NCBI GenBank assembly: GCA_963700285.1
Contig: CAVOXA010000001.1
Location: 1,344,001 to 1,408,000, forward strand
Source of the DNA: an uncultured Chloroflexia bacterium
GTDB taxonomy: Bacteria; Chloroflexota; Anaerolineae; JAAYZQ01
Reading direction: 5' to 3'
DNA: 64,000 bases
The notes under the pieces are model-generated. The model made no database searches. It was not told the origin of the DNA and saw nothing but the letters and a program-made list of their open reading frames with translations. Positions 49,064-58,581 of the stretch are shown here, one piece after another (positions within the stretch are counted from its first letter, which is position 1; every line of letters starts with the position of its first letter). The position numbers and the translations under genes are program-made.

Positions 49064-50940
49064 TCAACCCAAGAGGCGCTGTGCTTCCTCGTCAGAGAGC
49101 GCTTCCAGCTCGGCGATGAGTATTTCTTCGATCTGGGCGGCCTGGCCGGCAATTGTGGGCTCTCGGAACATCATGGTCGCTGGTAGTTCAACCTGGAAGG
49201 CGGCGCGTACCCGTGTGACCACCTGGGTCGCCCGAAGCGAGTCGCCACCCAGCCCGAAAAAGTTGTCATAAACACCAATGCGCTGAATGCCCAGCACCTC
49301 TGCCCAGATCTTGGCCAAGGCCTCCTCGGCAGTGTCCCTGGGCGCCACGTATTGGGGTTTGAGCTGGGATGCCAGCTTGTCGTATAGACCGATGCGCTGC
49401 AACTTGCCGGTGGGCCCCTTTGGAATTTCATCGACAATCACAATCTGACTTGGTACTTTGAAATCCGCCAGCCGGTCAAAGGCCGTGCTACGGAGTTCCT
49501 GTTCCGAGACCGCGGAGCCCTGGTGCAACACAACGGCCGCGGCTACGTCCTCGCCCAGTGTTGTGTGAGGTACGGCAAAGGTGACGGCTTGTGCGACCGC
49601 GGGATGGTCCAGGAGAGCTTCGTCGACTTCCCTTGGCACGACCTTTTCGCCGCCGCGATTGATGATCTCTTTGAGACGACCGGTAATCAAGAGATAGCCA
49701 TCTCCGTCCAGGTAGCCCTCATCACCGGTCCGGAACCAGCCGTCTGTGAACGAACTCTCATTTGCCTCGGGGTTGTTCTCATAGCCCGCGGTGACGTTGG
49801 CACCGCGGATAACAATCTCCCCCGTTGCTGCCCGACGGAACCAGATGGCCGTCTTGATCCATGATCGCTACATCTGGCCCGGTGGCTATTCCTACGGAGC
49901 CGGGCTTTTCGCTCTGCTGGAGGAAGGGGGTTGCTGCTCATCTGGTGGGCGGCTTCGGTCATGCCGTAAGCCTCGAGTGCCGGGACGCCAAAGGTACGCT
50001 CCAACTCTGCCATCACCTGAGGGGGCAGGGCAGCGGAGCAGGAGCGGATGAACCGCAGTGAATGGCGGGCAACAATGTCGCTGTTGGCAGCAGAACGATT
50101 CAGGATTGCCTGGTGCATCGTTGGAACAGCCGTGTACCAGCTTGGCTGGAAGGCATCTAGCCAACCAAAAAATTCGGCATCATCAAAGCCGGAGGTACAA
50201 ACGACGCTGGCGCCGGACACCATTGTCGACAGAATCGCCGCGACGAGGCCGTGAATGTGAAACAAGGGCATGACATTCAGACAGCGATCAGTGCTGGAGA
50301 GTTTGTAGGCATTTCGAATATTATGGGCCGAGGTACAAAGATTCTCGTGGGTCAGAGGGACGATCTTGGGGCGTGAGGTCGTGCCAGAAGTATGGAGCAC
50401 CAGAGCTACATCGCTAGGTTGTGCATAGCCGCCAGCAGCAGGGCTGGATCCCTTCTCCCCGGTGAGCGCAAACAGGCCGGCTTCAGCCTCGAAATCTGGT
50501 AGTAGTTCGATGATGGGGATGGCGTGGTTCCGCGCTACCTCTGAAGCTGGCGAATCCATGCCCGAAAGGATGAGCAGCGCCTTGGCATGTAAATCTGACA
50601 GATAGAAGTCGAATTCGCGGGCGCCATAGGCAGGATTGAGCGGTGCGCAGGTTGCGCCCGAAGCCACGGACAGAAAGGCGGTCGCCATCTCCGGACTGTT
50701 GGGTAGAACAATGGCCACCCGGTCATTGCGTCCCACCCCTATTGAGTTCAGCGAGGCGACGACTTCTGCGATGTGGTCGCCCAGCCGGCCGTATGACAGG
50801 GGGCGGCGGCCTGGAGCGGCTAGAGCCACGCTTTCTGGAGAACACCGAGCCTGGTAGAAAAGCAGGTCGCCTATGGCTTGCTCGGCGCAACCCGTGCTGA
50901 AAACGGTCTTCTGGTTCATGGTCCGAAGGGACTCCATCAT
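49064..50940 (-). CDS. Adenylation domain (oxalate-CoA-ligase/AAE3-like) fused to a carrier domain; two indels near 49830-49905
   Basis: Motifs LHTSGTTSRPKIVPLTH, PLFHIHGL, WYTAVPTMHQ, LRFIRSCSA, EAYGMTEAAHQMSSNPLPP, then GWFRTGD, GRLKEIINRGGEK, PKGPTGKLQR and T domain FFGLGGDSL. Confidence 0.85.
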
Positions 50941-51139
50941 CTCATGTCCTTCCAGTGTCAGCTAACGCGCACTAGTCTGCACGAATCCCCTATATACCAC
51001 ATCTAGGTTGAGAAGTCAATTCCCAAGCTGATGTGATGGGCGCGCGGCGCCTGGCTCTGATCGACGTTCGCCAGAGATGCCTCCGGGAATAGCAGACATC
51101 GCCTCTCAGCCAGCGGCCCAGCCGTGCTTGCCCCAAGCC

Positions 51140-51691
51140 TCACGCTACGAACCGGTACATCAAGACGCCGTCCAAGTAGGTCCCGTCGGCCTTTTTGAAC
51201 TCGTGAGGCAGCCTGCCCTCTTCCAAGAAGCCGAGATTGCGATAGAGGGCCAGTGCGAGCCGGTTCGTGGCGACAACCTCTAGCTTGACCTTGTCGATGA
51301 CCGGGTTCTCGGCGGCCCAATCCAGCGCTGTCTCTATTAGGGAGGTGCCAACGCCGCGCGCACGCCACGGCTGTGCCACTGTGATACCCAACAATGCGGT
51401 GTGGCGTGTCCGCAGCCTGGTACCACCTCGCAAACTGGCCCAACCGATGATATCGGCCTCTTGCTCTGCTACGAACAGAGCAGAGTTCTCTTTGTCGATG
51501 AACCCCTGGATCCAGCTCTTTTCCTCATCGATACCGATAGTGAGCTCTTCGGGTTGGGTGATCAGGTAGTCCAAACGCTCAGCCATGGCGGCCCTGGCGC
51601 CTGCCAGCAGCCGTTCCGCGTCGCGAACCCGGGCCTCGCGTACCACGAACCCTTGGCCGTCCTTGGTCACGAACTGTCTAATTCCTGTCAT
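51140..51691 (-). CDS. GNAT N-acetyltransferase
   Basis: Motifs LGITVAQPWRARGVGTSL and LEVVATNRLALALYRNLGF. Confidence 0.88.
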   Translation of the reverse strand: MTGIRQFVTKDGQGFVVREARVRDAERLLAGARAAMAERLDYLITQPEELTIGIDEEKSWIQGFIDKENSALFVAEQEADIIGWASLRGGTRLRTRHTALLGITVAQPWRARGVGTSLIETALDWAAENPVIDKVKLEVVATNRLALALYRNLGFLEEGRLPHEFKKADGTYLDGVLMYRFVA

Positions 51692-51698
51692 GCTGTCC

Positions 51699-52682
51699 CT
51701 ACAGGTAGCCATACTGTCGGAACCAGGCAAGTGTATCGCTCACGGTTTCAGAAAAAGGGCGGGACTGGAAACCAAGCTCCTCCCTTGCCTTGCTCGTGCT
51801 CAGTGCCTGCCACTCTGCCACCGTCTTCAAGTGCTCCAGAGGTAGGGGTTCGACGAGTGGCAGGTGGCCGAGTGCTTCTCCGAATCTGACCATCCCCCGG
51901 ACCAATCCCAGCGGGGCACGCCACCGAGGCGGCCGAACCCCTGCCTGCTCGGCGGCCATTGTAAGAGCCTCACGCACGGCCAGGTTCTCGCCGCCCAGGA
52001 TGTATCGCTGGCCTTCCCGGCCTCTTTCCGCGGCAAGCACCTCGCCCACGCCCACGTCGCGAGCATCAACAACATTCACATCAAGATCCAGCCAAATGGG
52101 AAAGCGACCCTTGGCCACATTCAGCAGAATCTCCCCTGTTGTCGGTTTGACGTCCCACGGGCCGAATATTGCGGAAGGGCAGACGATGACCACCGGTAAC
52201 CCTGCTGCAACGGCCCGCCAGGCCTCTGCCTCCATGGCCCATTTGGTCTCAAAATAGGCACTCTTTGTGCTTCCAGGTAGGTAGTAGTCCCGCTCGTCGG
52301 CCAGGCGGCCTTTCTCGCCTGGGGACGCAACTGTTGTGAGCGTACTGGTATATACCAGCTTGCCGATGCCGGATTTGGCAGCAGCCTCAAGTACGTTGCG
52401 CATCCCACCCACGGCTGTCCGAAGGGAACCGTTCAAGTCCAGTGAGTGACGTGGATAGAAAGCTGCCGCGTGAAAGACCACATCACAGCCACGCATGGCT
52501 TGGAGCAGCGACTCGGGGGCTTCAAGATTGCCTGTGGCCTGCTCCACATCGAGGCCGTCGAGCATCCAGGTTTTGCTCTCGGCCCGGCGAAACGCTCGGA
52601 CCTGCCATCCTCTCTCGAGGCAGGCACGGACAACGTTGTTGCCGATACAACCTGTGGCTCCCAAAACCAAGGCCCTGGTCAC
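51699..52682 (-). CDS. NAD-dependent epimerase/dehydratase (HpnA/dihydroflavonol-reductase-like SDR)
   Basis: Motifs LVLGATGCIG, VFHAAA, YTST, YFETK, PSAIFGPWDVKPTTG. Confidence 0.88.
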   Translation of the reverse strand: MTRALVLGATGCIGNNVVRACLERGWQVRAFRRAESKTWMLDGLDVEQATGNLEAPESLLQAMRGCDVVFHAAAFYPRHSLDLNGSLRTAVGGMRNVLEAAAKSGIGKLVYTSTLTTVASPGEKGRLADERDYYLPGSTKSAYFETKWAMEAEAWRAVAAGLPVVIVCPSAIFGPWDVKPTTGEILLNVAKGRFPIWLDLDVNVVDARDVGVGEVLAAERGREGQRYILGGENLAVREALTMAAEQAGVRPPRWRAPLGLVRGMVRFGEALGHLPLVEPLPLEHLKTVAEWQALSTSKAREELGFQSRPFSETVSDTLAWFRQYGYL

Positions 52683-52781
52683 TCTTGCCCAGACCTCCCT
52701 GACGCCTGTTCTGGGCCGATTTGCATTCGGGCACCGTACTTGCTTAGCTTACTCACTTGCTCCATTGCCTGTTCCCCCGCC

Positions 52782-54599
52782 TCATCGGCGTCCAAATGCT
52801 TTCTCCAGCTGCTCGACCGTGAAGTGTAGGATGGTTGGCCGGCCGTGAGGGCAGGTTCGGGGCGCCTCGCACTGCTCGAGTTGGCGCACCAGATGCTGCA
52901 TCTCTTCGTGGGAAAGGGTTTGCCCGGCTTTGATGGCGGCCCGCTTGCACACGGCGGCGACGAGCTGTTCTTCTGCTTGAGACGCCAGTGGATCGTCGCC
53001 TTGCCGCAACATCTCCAGGATGTCCAGCACCGCAGCCTGGACATCCGGCACGACCAGGATCGAAGGGACCGCTCTCATGAGATAACTGGCTCCACCAAAA
53101 GGCTCCAGCTGAAAGCCGGCCTGGTTGAGCCTGTCCAGGTGTTCGGCCAGAATCCCTGCCAGCAGCGGATCAAGATCCAGGGCCATGGGCTCGAGCAGCG
53201 TCTGCGACTTGACGACTTTTTGCGTGACCTCTACCATCATCTGTTCGTAGAGGATGCGCTCGTGGGCGGCGTGTTGATCGATGAGATACATGCCCTGCGG
53301 GCCCTCGGCCACAACGTAGGTTTGTCCTACCTGGCCGATGGCACGCAGCAGCGGCAACCGTACCGGTCCCACGGACTGTAGATCACCGACTGCGCTCAAG
53401 CCGTAAGGGTCGCCGGGCGGGCCAGTGAGCTGGTCCTGCTTGTCGCCTGTGCGGTACAACTCCATTGCCATCTGGGTGTCGATCTGTTCGCCCAGTCCGG
53501 CGGCGAGCAGGCTCTGCCTGCGCTGCCAGTGGGGAGTGGGCCATGTCCGCGTTGCCTCATGAGCGGAGGATGCGGGCCCGCGTTCAACCAGTGCGTGTCG
53601 TACGGCTTTCTGTACTGCACTGAACACCGAGCGCCCGTCGCGAAACTTGACCTCCCGCTTTGTGGGATGAACATTCACATCCACCTCGGCCGGGTCGATC
53701 TCTAACATCAGTACCGCTACTGGATGTCGTCCTATGGGCAGCAGTGTATGGTAGGCTTGTGCCACAGCGTGAGCAAGTGAGATGTCTTGAATCCAGCGCC
53801 GGTTGACAAAGAGAGTGATGTAGCTCCGGTTGACCCGGTTCAATGAGGGAATCCCGGTGTACCCGGTGACTGATGGGGAGCCAGCGCCGGCGGTTTCCCC
53901 GACCGTAGGCTCGGATCCTTCAGTGGTCATGACTTCCAGCATTTGCTCAGCCACTTCAAGCCCGTACACCGCGATCAAGACGTCGTAAAGATTGCCGCCA
54001 CCGCTTGATTGAAATGCCTGGCGTCCATCAATCGTCAAGCTGGTACGAATGCGAGGATAGGCGAGGGCATAGCGCGTGATAATGGCGTGGATGTGACCCG
54101 CTTCAGTCCTGGGCTGGCGCAGGAACTTGAGGCGGGCAGGCATGTTCTGAAACAGGTGCTCAACTGTGACTGTGGTACCTACCGGGCAGCCATGGCCCTC
54201 TTGCCGGGTGAGCCGGCCCCCGTCCAACTTTAGGAGTTGCCCCAAGTCCTGCTCAAGGGGGCGTGTAAGAAGCATCACTTGACTCACCGCAGCGATACTG
54301 GCAAGTGCTTCTCCGCGAAAGCCAAGCGTACCAATCCTGTCCAGATCAGACACATCGGTCAGCTTGCTCGTGGCATGGCGAGCGAATGCTAGGGGCGCCT
54401 CTTTGGCGGGGATACCCGAACCGTTGTCAGCGACCCGGATCAGGCGGCGTCCCCCGTCACGGATCTCAACCCGGATGTCAGTGGCACCAGCATCGAGACT
54501 ATTCTCAAGCAGTTCCTTTACGACAGAGGCAGGGCGTTCTACCACTTCGCCGGCTGCGATTTTCCCCGCCACTTCGGGCGGCAGCACTTTGATTTCCAT
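52782..54599 (-). CDS. mutL: DNA mismatch repair endonuclease MutL
   Basis: Motifs IAAGEVVERPASVVKELLENSLDAG, GFRGEALASI, DVNVHPTKREV, DQHAAHERILYE, CPHGRP. Confidence 0.97.
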   Translation of the reverse strand: MEIKVLPPEVAGKIAAGEVVERPASVVKELLENSLDAGATDIRVEIRDGGRRLIRVADNGSGIPAKEAPLAFARHATSKLTDVSDLDRIGTLGFRGEALASIAAVSQVMLLTRPLEQDLGQLLKLDGGRLTRQEGHGCPVGTTVTVEHLFQNMPARLKFLRQPRTEAGHIHAIITRYALAYPRIRTSLTIDGRQAFQSSGGGNLYDVLIAVYGLEVAEQMLEVMTTEGSEPTVGETAGAGSPSVTGYTGIPSLNRVNRSYITLFVNRRWIQDISLAHAVAQAYHTLLPIGRHPVAVLMLEIDPAEVDVNVHPTKREVKFRDGRSVFSAVQKAVRHALVERGPASSAHEATRTWPTPHWQRRQSLLAAGLGEQIDTQMAMELYRTGDKQDQLTGPPGDPYGLSAVGDLQSVGPVRLPLLRAIGQVGQTYVVAEGPQGMYLIDQHAAHERILYEQMMVEVTQKVVKSQTLLEPMALDLDPLLAGILAEHLDRLNQAGFQLEPFGGASYLMRAVPSILVVPDVQAAVLDILEMLRQGDDPLASQAEEQLVAAVCKRAAIKAGQTLSHEEMQHLVRQLEQCEAPRTCPHGRPTILHFTVEQLEKAFGRR

Positions 54600-54710
54600 T
54601 CTTGGTCCTTGCCAAGTTGTGAACTGTGACAGGCGATCCTACCCTGGATTGTACCACATAGGGGCGCCTTGAGACAAGACCCGGTAGATCCAAATCCATG
54701 CCCTCATTTG

Positions 54711-54739
54711 TTGACAAGCCTGATCCCTTGGTGTATAAT
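54711..54739 (+). promoter_or_regulatory. Consensus sigma70 promoter of the riboflavin-transporter operon
   Basis: TTGACA-17 nt-TATAAT. Confidence 0.8.
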
Positions 54740-54789
54740 CCAGCCAAGCCAGCCCCAGATTCTGGGTCTGGGTCAGCGTCAATCGACAA

Positions 54790-54964
54790 GCTTTCGGGGC
54801 AGGGTGAGGCGCAGGTGCGCCAAATCCCGACCGGCGGTGTGGTTGGTTCCGAGACGCAGAAGGAACTGGTCAAGCCCGCGAGCCTCCCCTTGGTACCGAG
54901 CCAACGGGGTGGGTGGATCCGGTGAGAATCCGGAGCCGACGGTAGAGTCCGGATGGGAGAAAGT
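54790..54964 (+). ncRNA. FMN riboswitch (RFN element)
   Basis: CTTTCGGGGCAGGGTGA..AATCCCGACCGGCGGT..AGCCCGCGA..GATCCGGTGAGAATCCGGAGCCGACGGTAGAGTCCGGATGGGAGAAAG. Confidence 0.95.
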
Positions 54965-55042
54965 GGTTGGCGTTGGGTGCGATACTGAGCGGGTTTCGTT
55001 TTCGCGAACCAGGCATCTGGCCGCTCAGACCGCCGGGAACCT

Positions 55043-55078
55043 GCCCCGAAGGCTTTTTTGCCTTTGGGGCTTTGTGTT
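55043..55078 (+). terminator. Riboswitch-controlled intrinsic terminator
   Basis: Hairpin GCCCCGAAGGC-tttttt-GCCTTTGGGGC-TTTGTGTT. Its 5' arm region (CCTGCCCCGAA, 55040-55050) is complementary to the aptamer 5' strand TTCGGGGCAGG, forming an antiterminator. Confidence 0.8.
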
Positions 55079-55097
55079 GGATGCTGAGAACGTGACT

Positions 55098-55970
55098 ATG
55101 TATGTGGATAGAAACAAGGCCGGAAGCATAACAGACGCTCACCACCTTGAAGAGGAGCGACGAGGCTTCACCTACAGGTGGCCAAGGCGTTTGAGCCGGC
55201 AGTACTATGGCCGGCAAAGGTGGGAGATCTTGCTGGTCCCGGTGGCCATGGTTGGTTTCGTGGGAGTGTGGGGGCTCGTCGCGCATCTGGGCGATTATCC
55301 ATCCTTCTTGTTGCCTACCCCTTGGCAGGTATGGACCAAATTCGTCAAGGTGGCTGCAGACGGTACGCTTTGGTATCATACGTCCATTACGCTGCTCGAA
55401 ATCTTGGGGGGATTGGCTGTGGGGCTGACGGTGGCGACGGCTCTGGGCTATCTGCTAGCCAAATCACCCTTTGTGGAGCGGCTATTGTCGCCCTATATTA
55501 TCGCCAGCCAGTCGGTGCCTATTGTGGCGCTGGCCCCCTTGCTTATCATCTGGTTTGGTTTTGGGCTGACCTCCAAGATTTTGGTCTGCGCCCTGACGAT
55601 CTTTTTCCCAGTTCTGATCACGACCATCGTTGGCATCCGGTCAGTTGAGGAAGACTTGATGGACCTGATGCGCTCACTGCAGGCCAGCCGCTGGCAGGTA
55701 TTCAGATTCCTCGAGGTGCCGGCTGCCACGCCCGTGATTCTGGGAGGGTTGAAGGTTGGGGTCACGCTGTCTGTGATCGGGGCGGTCGTGGGTGAGTTTG
55801 CTCAATCTGACCGGGGCTTGGGATTTCTGGTGAACCTGGCCAACCGGGGGTTGTTCGATACGCCATTGATGTTTGTTGCGCTCTTTGTACTGATGACCAT
55901 TGCGCTTGGTCTGTACGGTATCGTCTCCTTTTTGGAGTCAGTGCTATTGACTTGGCGGCGAGGAAGCTGA
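55098..55970 (+). CDS. ribX: ABC transporter permease (SsuC/TauC-like), probable riboflavin transporter RibX
   Basis: Motifs FLLPTPWQV, QSVPIVALAPLLIIWFGFG, GAVVGEF..GLGFL. First gene behind the FMN riboswitch. Confidence 0.75.
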   Translation: MYVDRNKAGSITDAHHLEEERRGFTYRWPRRLSRQYYGRQRWEILLVPVAMVGFVGVWGLVAHLGDYPSFLLPTPWQVWTKFVKVAADGTLWYHTSITLLEILGGLAVGLTVATALGYLLAKSPFVERLLSPYIIASQSVPIVALAPLLIIWFGFGLTSKILVCALTIFFPVLITTIVGIRSVEEDLMDLMRSLQASRWQVFRFLEVPAATPVILGGLKVGVTLSVIGAVVGEFAQSDRGLGFLVNLANRGLFDTPLMFVALFVLMTIALGLYGIVSFLESVLLTWRRGS

Positions 55971-56019
55971 TTCTGTTAGATCCGCGAGGGGCGCGGATTG
56001 CCCAGGCTGGAGGAAAGCT

Positions 56020-57504
56020 TTGAAGCTGGGTCTGATCTTGCTGGGGGCAGGCGTGGTGACCGAAGCAGTGTATTTGGCGGTAACGCTGCGGCTGCCGTGG
56101 TGGCGCTATGGTGGGGCCTTGCAGAGCTGGCGCGAACTGTTGGGGGCAGCCAATGGGGCGTTCTGGGCCTGTCTGGCAGGCGTACTGGTCGTATTGATTG
56201 CCTATGTCTTGGGCTGGCGCGTTGTTCGCGGGTTGAATCGGTGCCAGCAGAGGGTGCGGGGGAGGCTCGTTTGGTTCTTTGCTCTGGTGTTTTGCGCCAC
56301 GTTGTTCTGGCTAATGCCCATTACTTCTGATCTGTTCAACTATCTGAGCCAAGCCCATCTGTTCACAGACCTGGGAGCTAACCCCCTGCTTGAGCCTGCC
56401 GTGGCAGTGAATGAAGTCGTTTTGGCCAGGGATGGTGCTGCCGATCCGCTGCTGTCGACCTATGCAACCGCGTATGCTGCTACACCTTCGATCTATGGAC
56501 CTGCGTGGACACTTGTCTCAGCGCCAGCGACTTATGGGAACTTGAACTCGGCCTTCGGGCTGTTCTATCTGAAAGGTCTGGCCTGCCTGGCTTTTCTTGG
56601 TTCTGCCTGGCTTGTACAGCAGATCGTCGGGAAGCTCCGGCCTGCCGCGGCAATGGAAGCCCTGTACCTCTTTGCCTGGAACCCCCTTGTTTTGCTGATG
56701 GCTATCGGCGACGGACACAATGACATGGTGATGATGGCCGCAGTTCTATTGGGATTCTGGTTCCTTCTGCAGGACTCCTGGGCCCTGGCTTTTGGTGCCC
56801 TGGCTCTTTCGGCATCCATCAAATACGTTGGCGCCCTTTTTCTTCCACTCTTTGTCCTGTATATCTGGGATAGACCAGGGCGTGGAAGTCGGCGCATGCC
56901 ATGGTCCGCGCTGCTACAGGGTGGGTGTGCTACTGTAGCCGTGACAGGCTTGCTGTATGCGCCCCTGGGATCCTTGGAGTGGGCCGGCAGCGTACTCTAT
57001 CGTCTGCTCAGGCCAGAGAGTTGGGCACTGACCTTTGCCCCCCAGTGGGCAGCGAGGACATCTAGGACTGTGTTTGGGGATGGCACTGTTTTGCCGGAAA
57101 TGCTGGCATGGCTGCCTACCCTGGCACTGGTTATCGGGCTTTTGGCATTCTCTGCGGTGTATCTCTTCCTGACCACGAGATTGGCGTTGGGACTGAAGGG
57201 GGAGTACCTGAGCACAGGTCAGTTCGGGGAGACCCGGCAAAGGCAGGGATTATTCTCTGTGCGCGAGACCCAAACGCAACGGCTGTTCGAAGCTGGCTTT
57301 ACCGTGTCTCTGCTGATCTTTGTTCTGGGAGCGGCGCGGAGTCAGCCATGGCACCTGATATGGCCGGCCTCACTGGCAGGCCTGTCGGCGCGGCGGTGGG
57401 CGTGGCTTCCAGTCATTGCTCTGTCGGCCGTTATGCTACTGAGCCAAATCTGGGTCGAGTGGGGGACTCCCGACCTGGTGACCCTATTCTCGGAGGCAAT
57501 ATGA
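56020..57504 (+). CDS. GT-C-fold membrane glycosyltransferase (MptA/MptB/GT87-like)
   Basis: Many TM segments. Motifs SDLFNYL, GANP, SIYGPAW, FAWNPLVLL, GHNDMVM, SIKY, QPWHLIW. GGAGGA RBS before a TTG start. Confidence 0.75.
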   Translation: MKLGLILLGAGVVTEAVYLAVTLRLPWWRYGGALQSWRELLGAANGAFWACLAGVLVVLIAYVLGWRVVRGLNRCQQRVRGRLVWFFALVFCATLFWLMPITSDLFNYLSQAHLFTDLGANPLLEPAVAVNEVVLARDGAADPLLSTYATAYAATPSIYGPAWTLVSAPATYGNLNSAFGLFYLKGLACLAFLGSAWLVQQIVGKLRPAAAMEALYLFAWNPLVLLMAIGDGHNDMVMMAAVLLGFWFLLQDSWALAFGALALSASIKYVGALFLPLFVLYIWDRPGRGSRRMPWSALLQGGCATVAVTGLLYAPLGSLEWAGSVLYRLLRPESWALTFAPQWAARTSRTVFGDGTVLPEMLAWLPTLALVIGLLAFSAVYLFLTTRLALGLKGEYLSTGQFGETRQRQGLFSVRETQTQRLFEAGFTVSLLIFVLGAARSQPWHLIWPASLAGLSARRWAWLPVIALSAVMLLSQIWVEWGTPDLVTLFSEAI

Positions 57505-58580
57505 ACTTGACGTGCCCCTTGTCGATGCCCGTTGTACGGTCTGTGATGAGGAAGCGGCGTGCGAGCACGGCCGTGCTCCTCTTGGCTGGGCTGTCCATGC
57601 TGGGCATCCTTCTGACAGGCTGTGAAGCGACCGATCAGGATGAAACGACCGAACCGGTGACCCTGGCCATGGGCTTTGTACCCAATGTCCAGTTTGCGCC
57701 ATTCTACGTGGCTCTGGAAAAGGGCTATTTTGCCAACGAGGGGATCCAACTCGAGTTTGACTATGGTTGGGAGACCGATCTGCTGAAACTTGTGGGCAGC
57801 GAAGGTGCGGGTACGGACTCTGGTCTGCAGTTTGCCATTGGCAGTGGCGATCAGATTATCCTGGCTCGCAGTCAGGGCCTGCCTGTCGTCAATGTGCTGA
57901 ACTGGTACCGGCGGTTCCCGGTATGTGTCGTCTCCTTGCAGGATACGGGCATCAGTGAGCCGGCCGACCTGGTGGGGCGGCGTGTTGGGACTCCGGCGAC
58001 TTATGGCGCGAGCTATATCGGCTGGCGCGCGCTACTCGAAGCGGCGGGTTTGGACGTCACTGCGATCGAGTTGATCTCGATTGGGTATACGCAGGTTGGG
58101 GCTCTTTCCGAAGGCCAGGTAGACGCAGCACTTTGCTACGCCATGAACGAGCCCGTGCAGATGCAGGCTGCCGGACAAAAAGTCGACGTAATCTATGTGG
58201 CTGACTATGCAAACCTTGTCTCCAACGGCATGTTCACCAACGAGAAGACGATCCGAGAACAACCGGAACTGGTACAGGGTATGGTACGAGCGGCATTGCG
58301 TGGACTTGCCTATACCCTTGAACACCCAGAGGAGGCTTTCCAGATATCACTCAAGCACTTGCCCGAAGCGGCTGCCGATGCTGAATCCGAAGCTGTCAAT
58401 CGGGCGATTCTGGCCAAATCGATCGACTTTTGGCAGGCGGAGCCCGGTGAGCTTGGCCGCTCCAGCCAAGATGAATGGGATGCCGCGGTGCGCATCATGC
58501 AGCAGATGGATCTCGTCGAGCCAGGGTTCGATACGGGACAGATGTTTACGAACCGGTTTGTAGAGGGCGCTGGGCCCTAG
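57501..58580 (+). CDS. ribY: NMT1/THI5-family ABC substrate-binding lipoprotein, probable RibY
   Basis: ATGA overlap with the upstream gene, lipobox LLTGC. Motifs GFVPNVQFAPFYVALEKGYF, GASYIGWRALL, YAMNEPVQ, LVSNG. Confidence 0.8.
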   Translation: MNLTCPLSMPVVRSVMRKRRASTAVLLLAGLSMLGILLTGCEATDQDETTEPVTLAMGFVPNVQFAPFYVALEKGYFANEGIQLEFDYGWETDLLKLVGSEGAGTDSGLQFAIGSGDQIILARSQGLPVVNVLNWYRRFPVCVVSLQDTGISEPADLVGRRVGTPATYGASYIGWRALLEAAGLDVTAIELISIGYTQVGALSEGQVDAALCYAMNEPVQMQAAGQKVDVIYVADYANLVSNGMFTNEKTIREQPELVQGMVRAALRGLAYTLEHPEEAFQISLKHLPEAAADAESEAVNRAILAKSIDFWQAEPGELGRSSQDEWDAAVRIMQQMDLVEPGFDTGQMFTNRFVEGAGP

Positions 58581-58581
58581 A

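Noticed and set aside
35034-50940. Oxalate catabolic pathway linking the oxalate-ligase-like A domain to formate dehydrogenase
   Set aside because: No oxalyl-CoA decarboxylase or formyl-CoA transferase is in the window, and the A domain is fused to a carrier protein, which points to biosynthesis.
46702-50940. Epsilon-poly-lysine synthetase (Pls/PosA)-type polymerase
   Set aside because: Those enzymes have an amino-acid A domain and repeated TM-embedded terminal domains. Here there is a canonical C domain, one soluble LbH domain and no multi-TM region.
54669-55097. N-terminal extension of the permease ORF
   Set aside because: It runs through the promoter, FMN riboswitch and terminator, which are non-coding.
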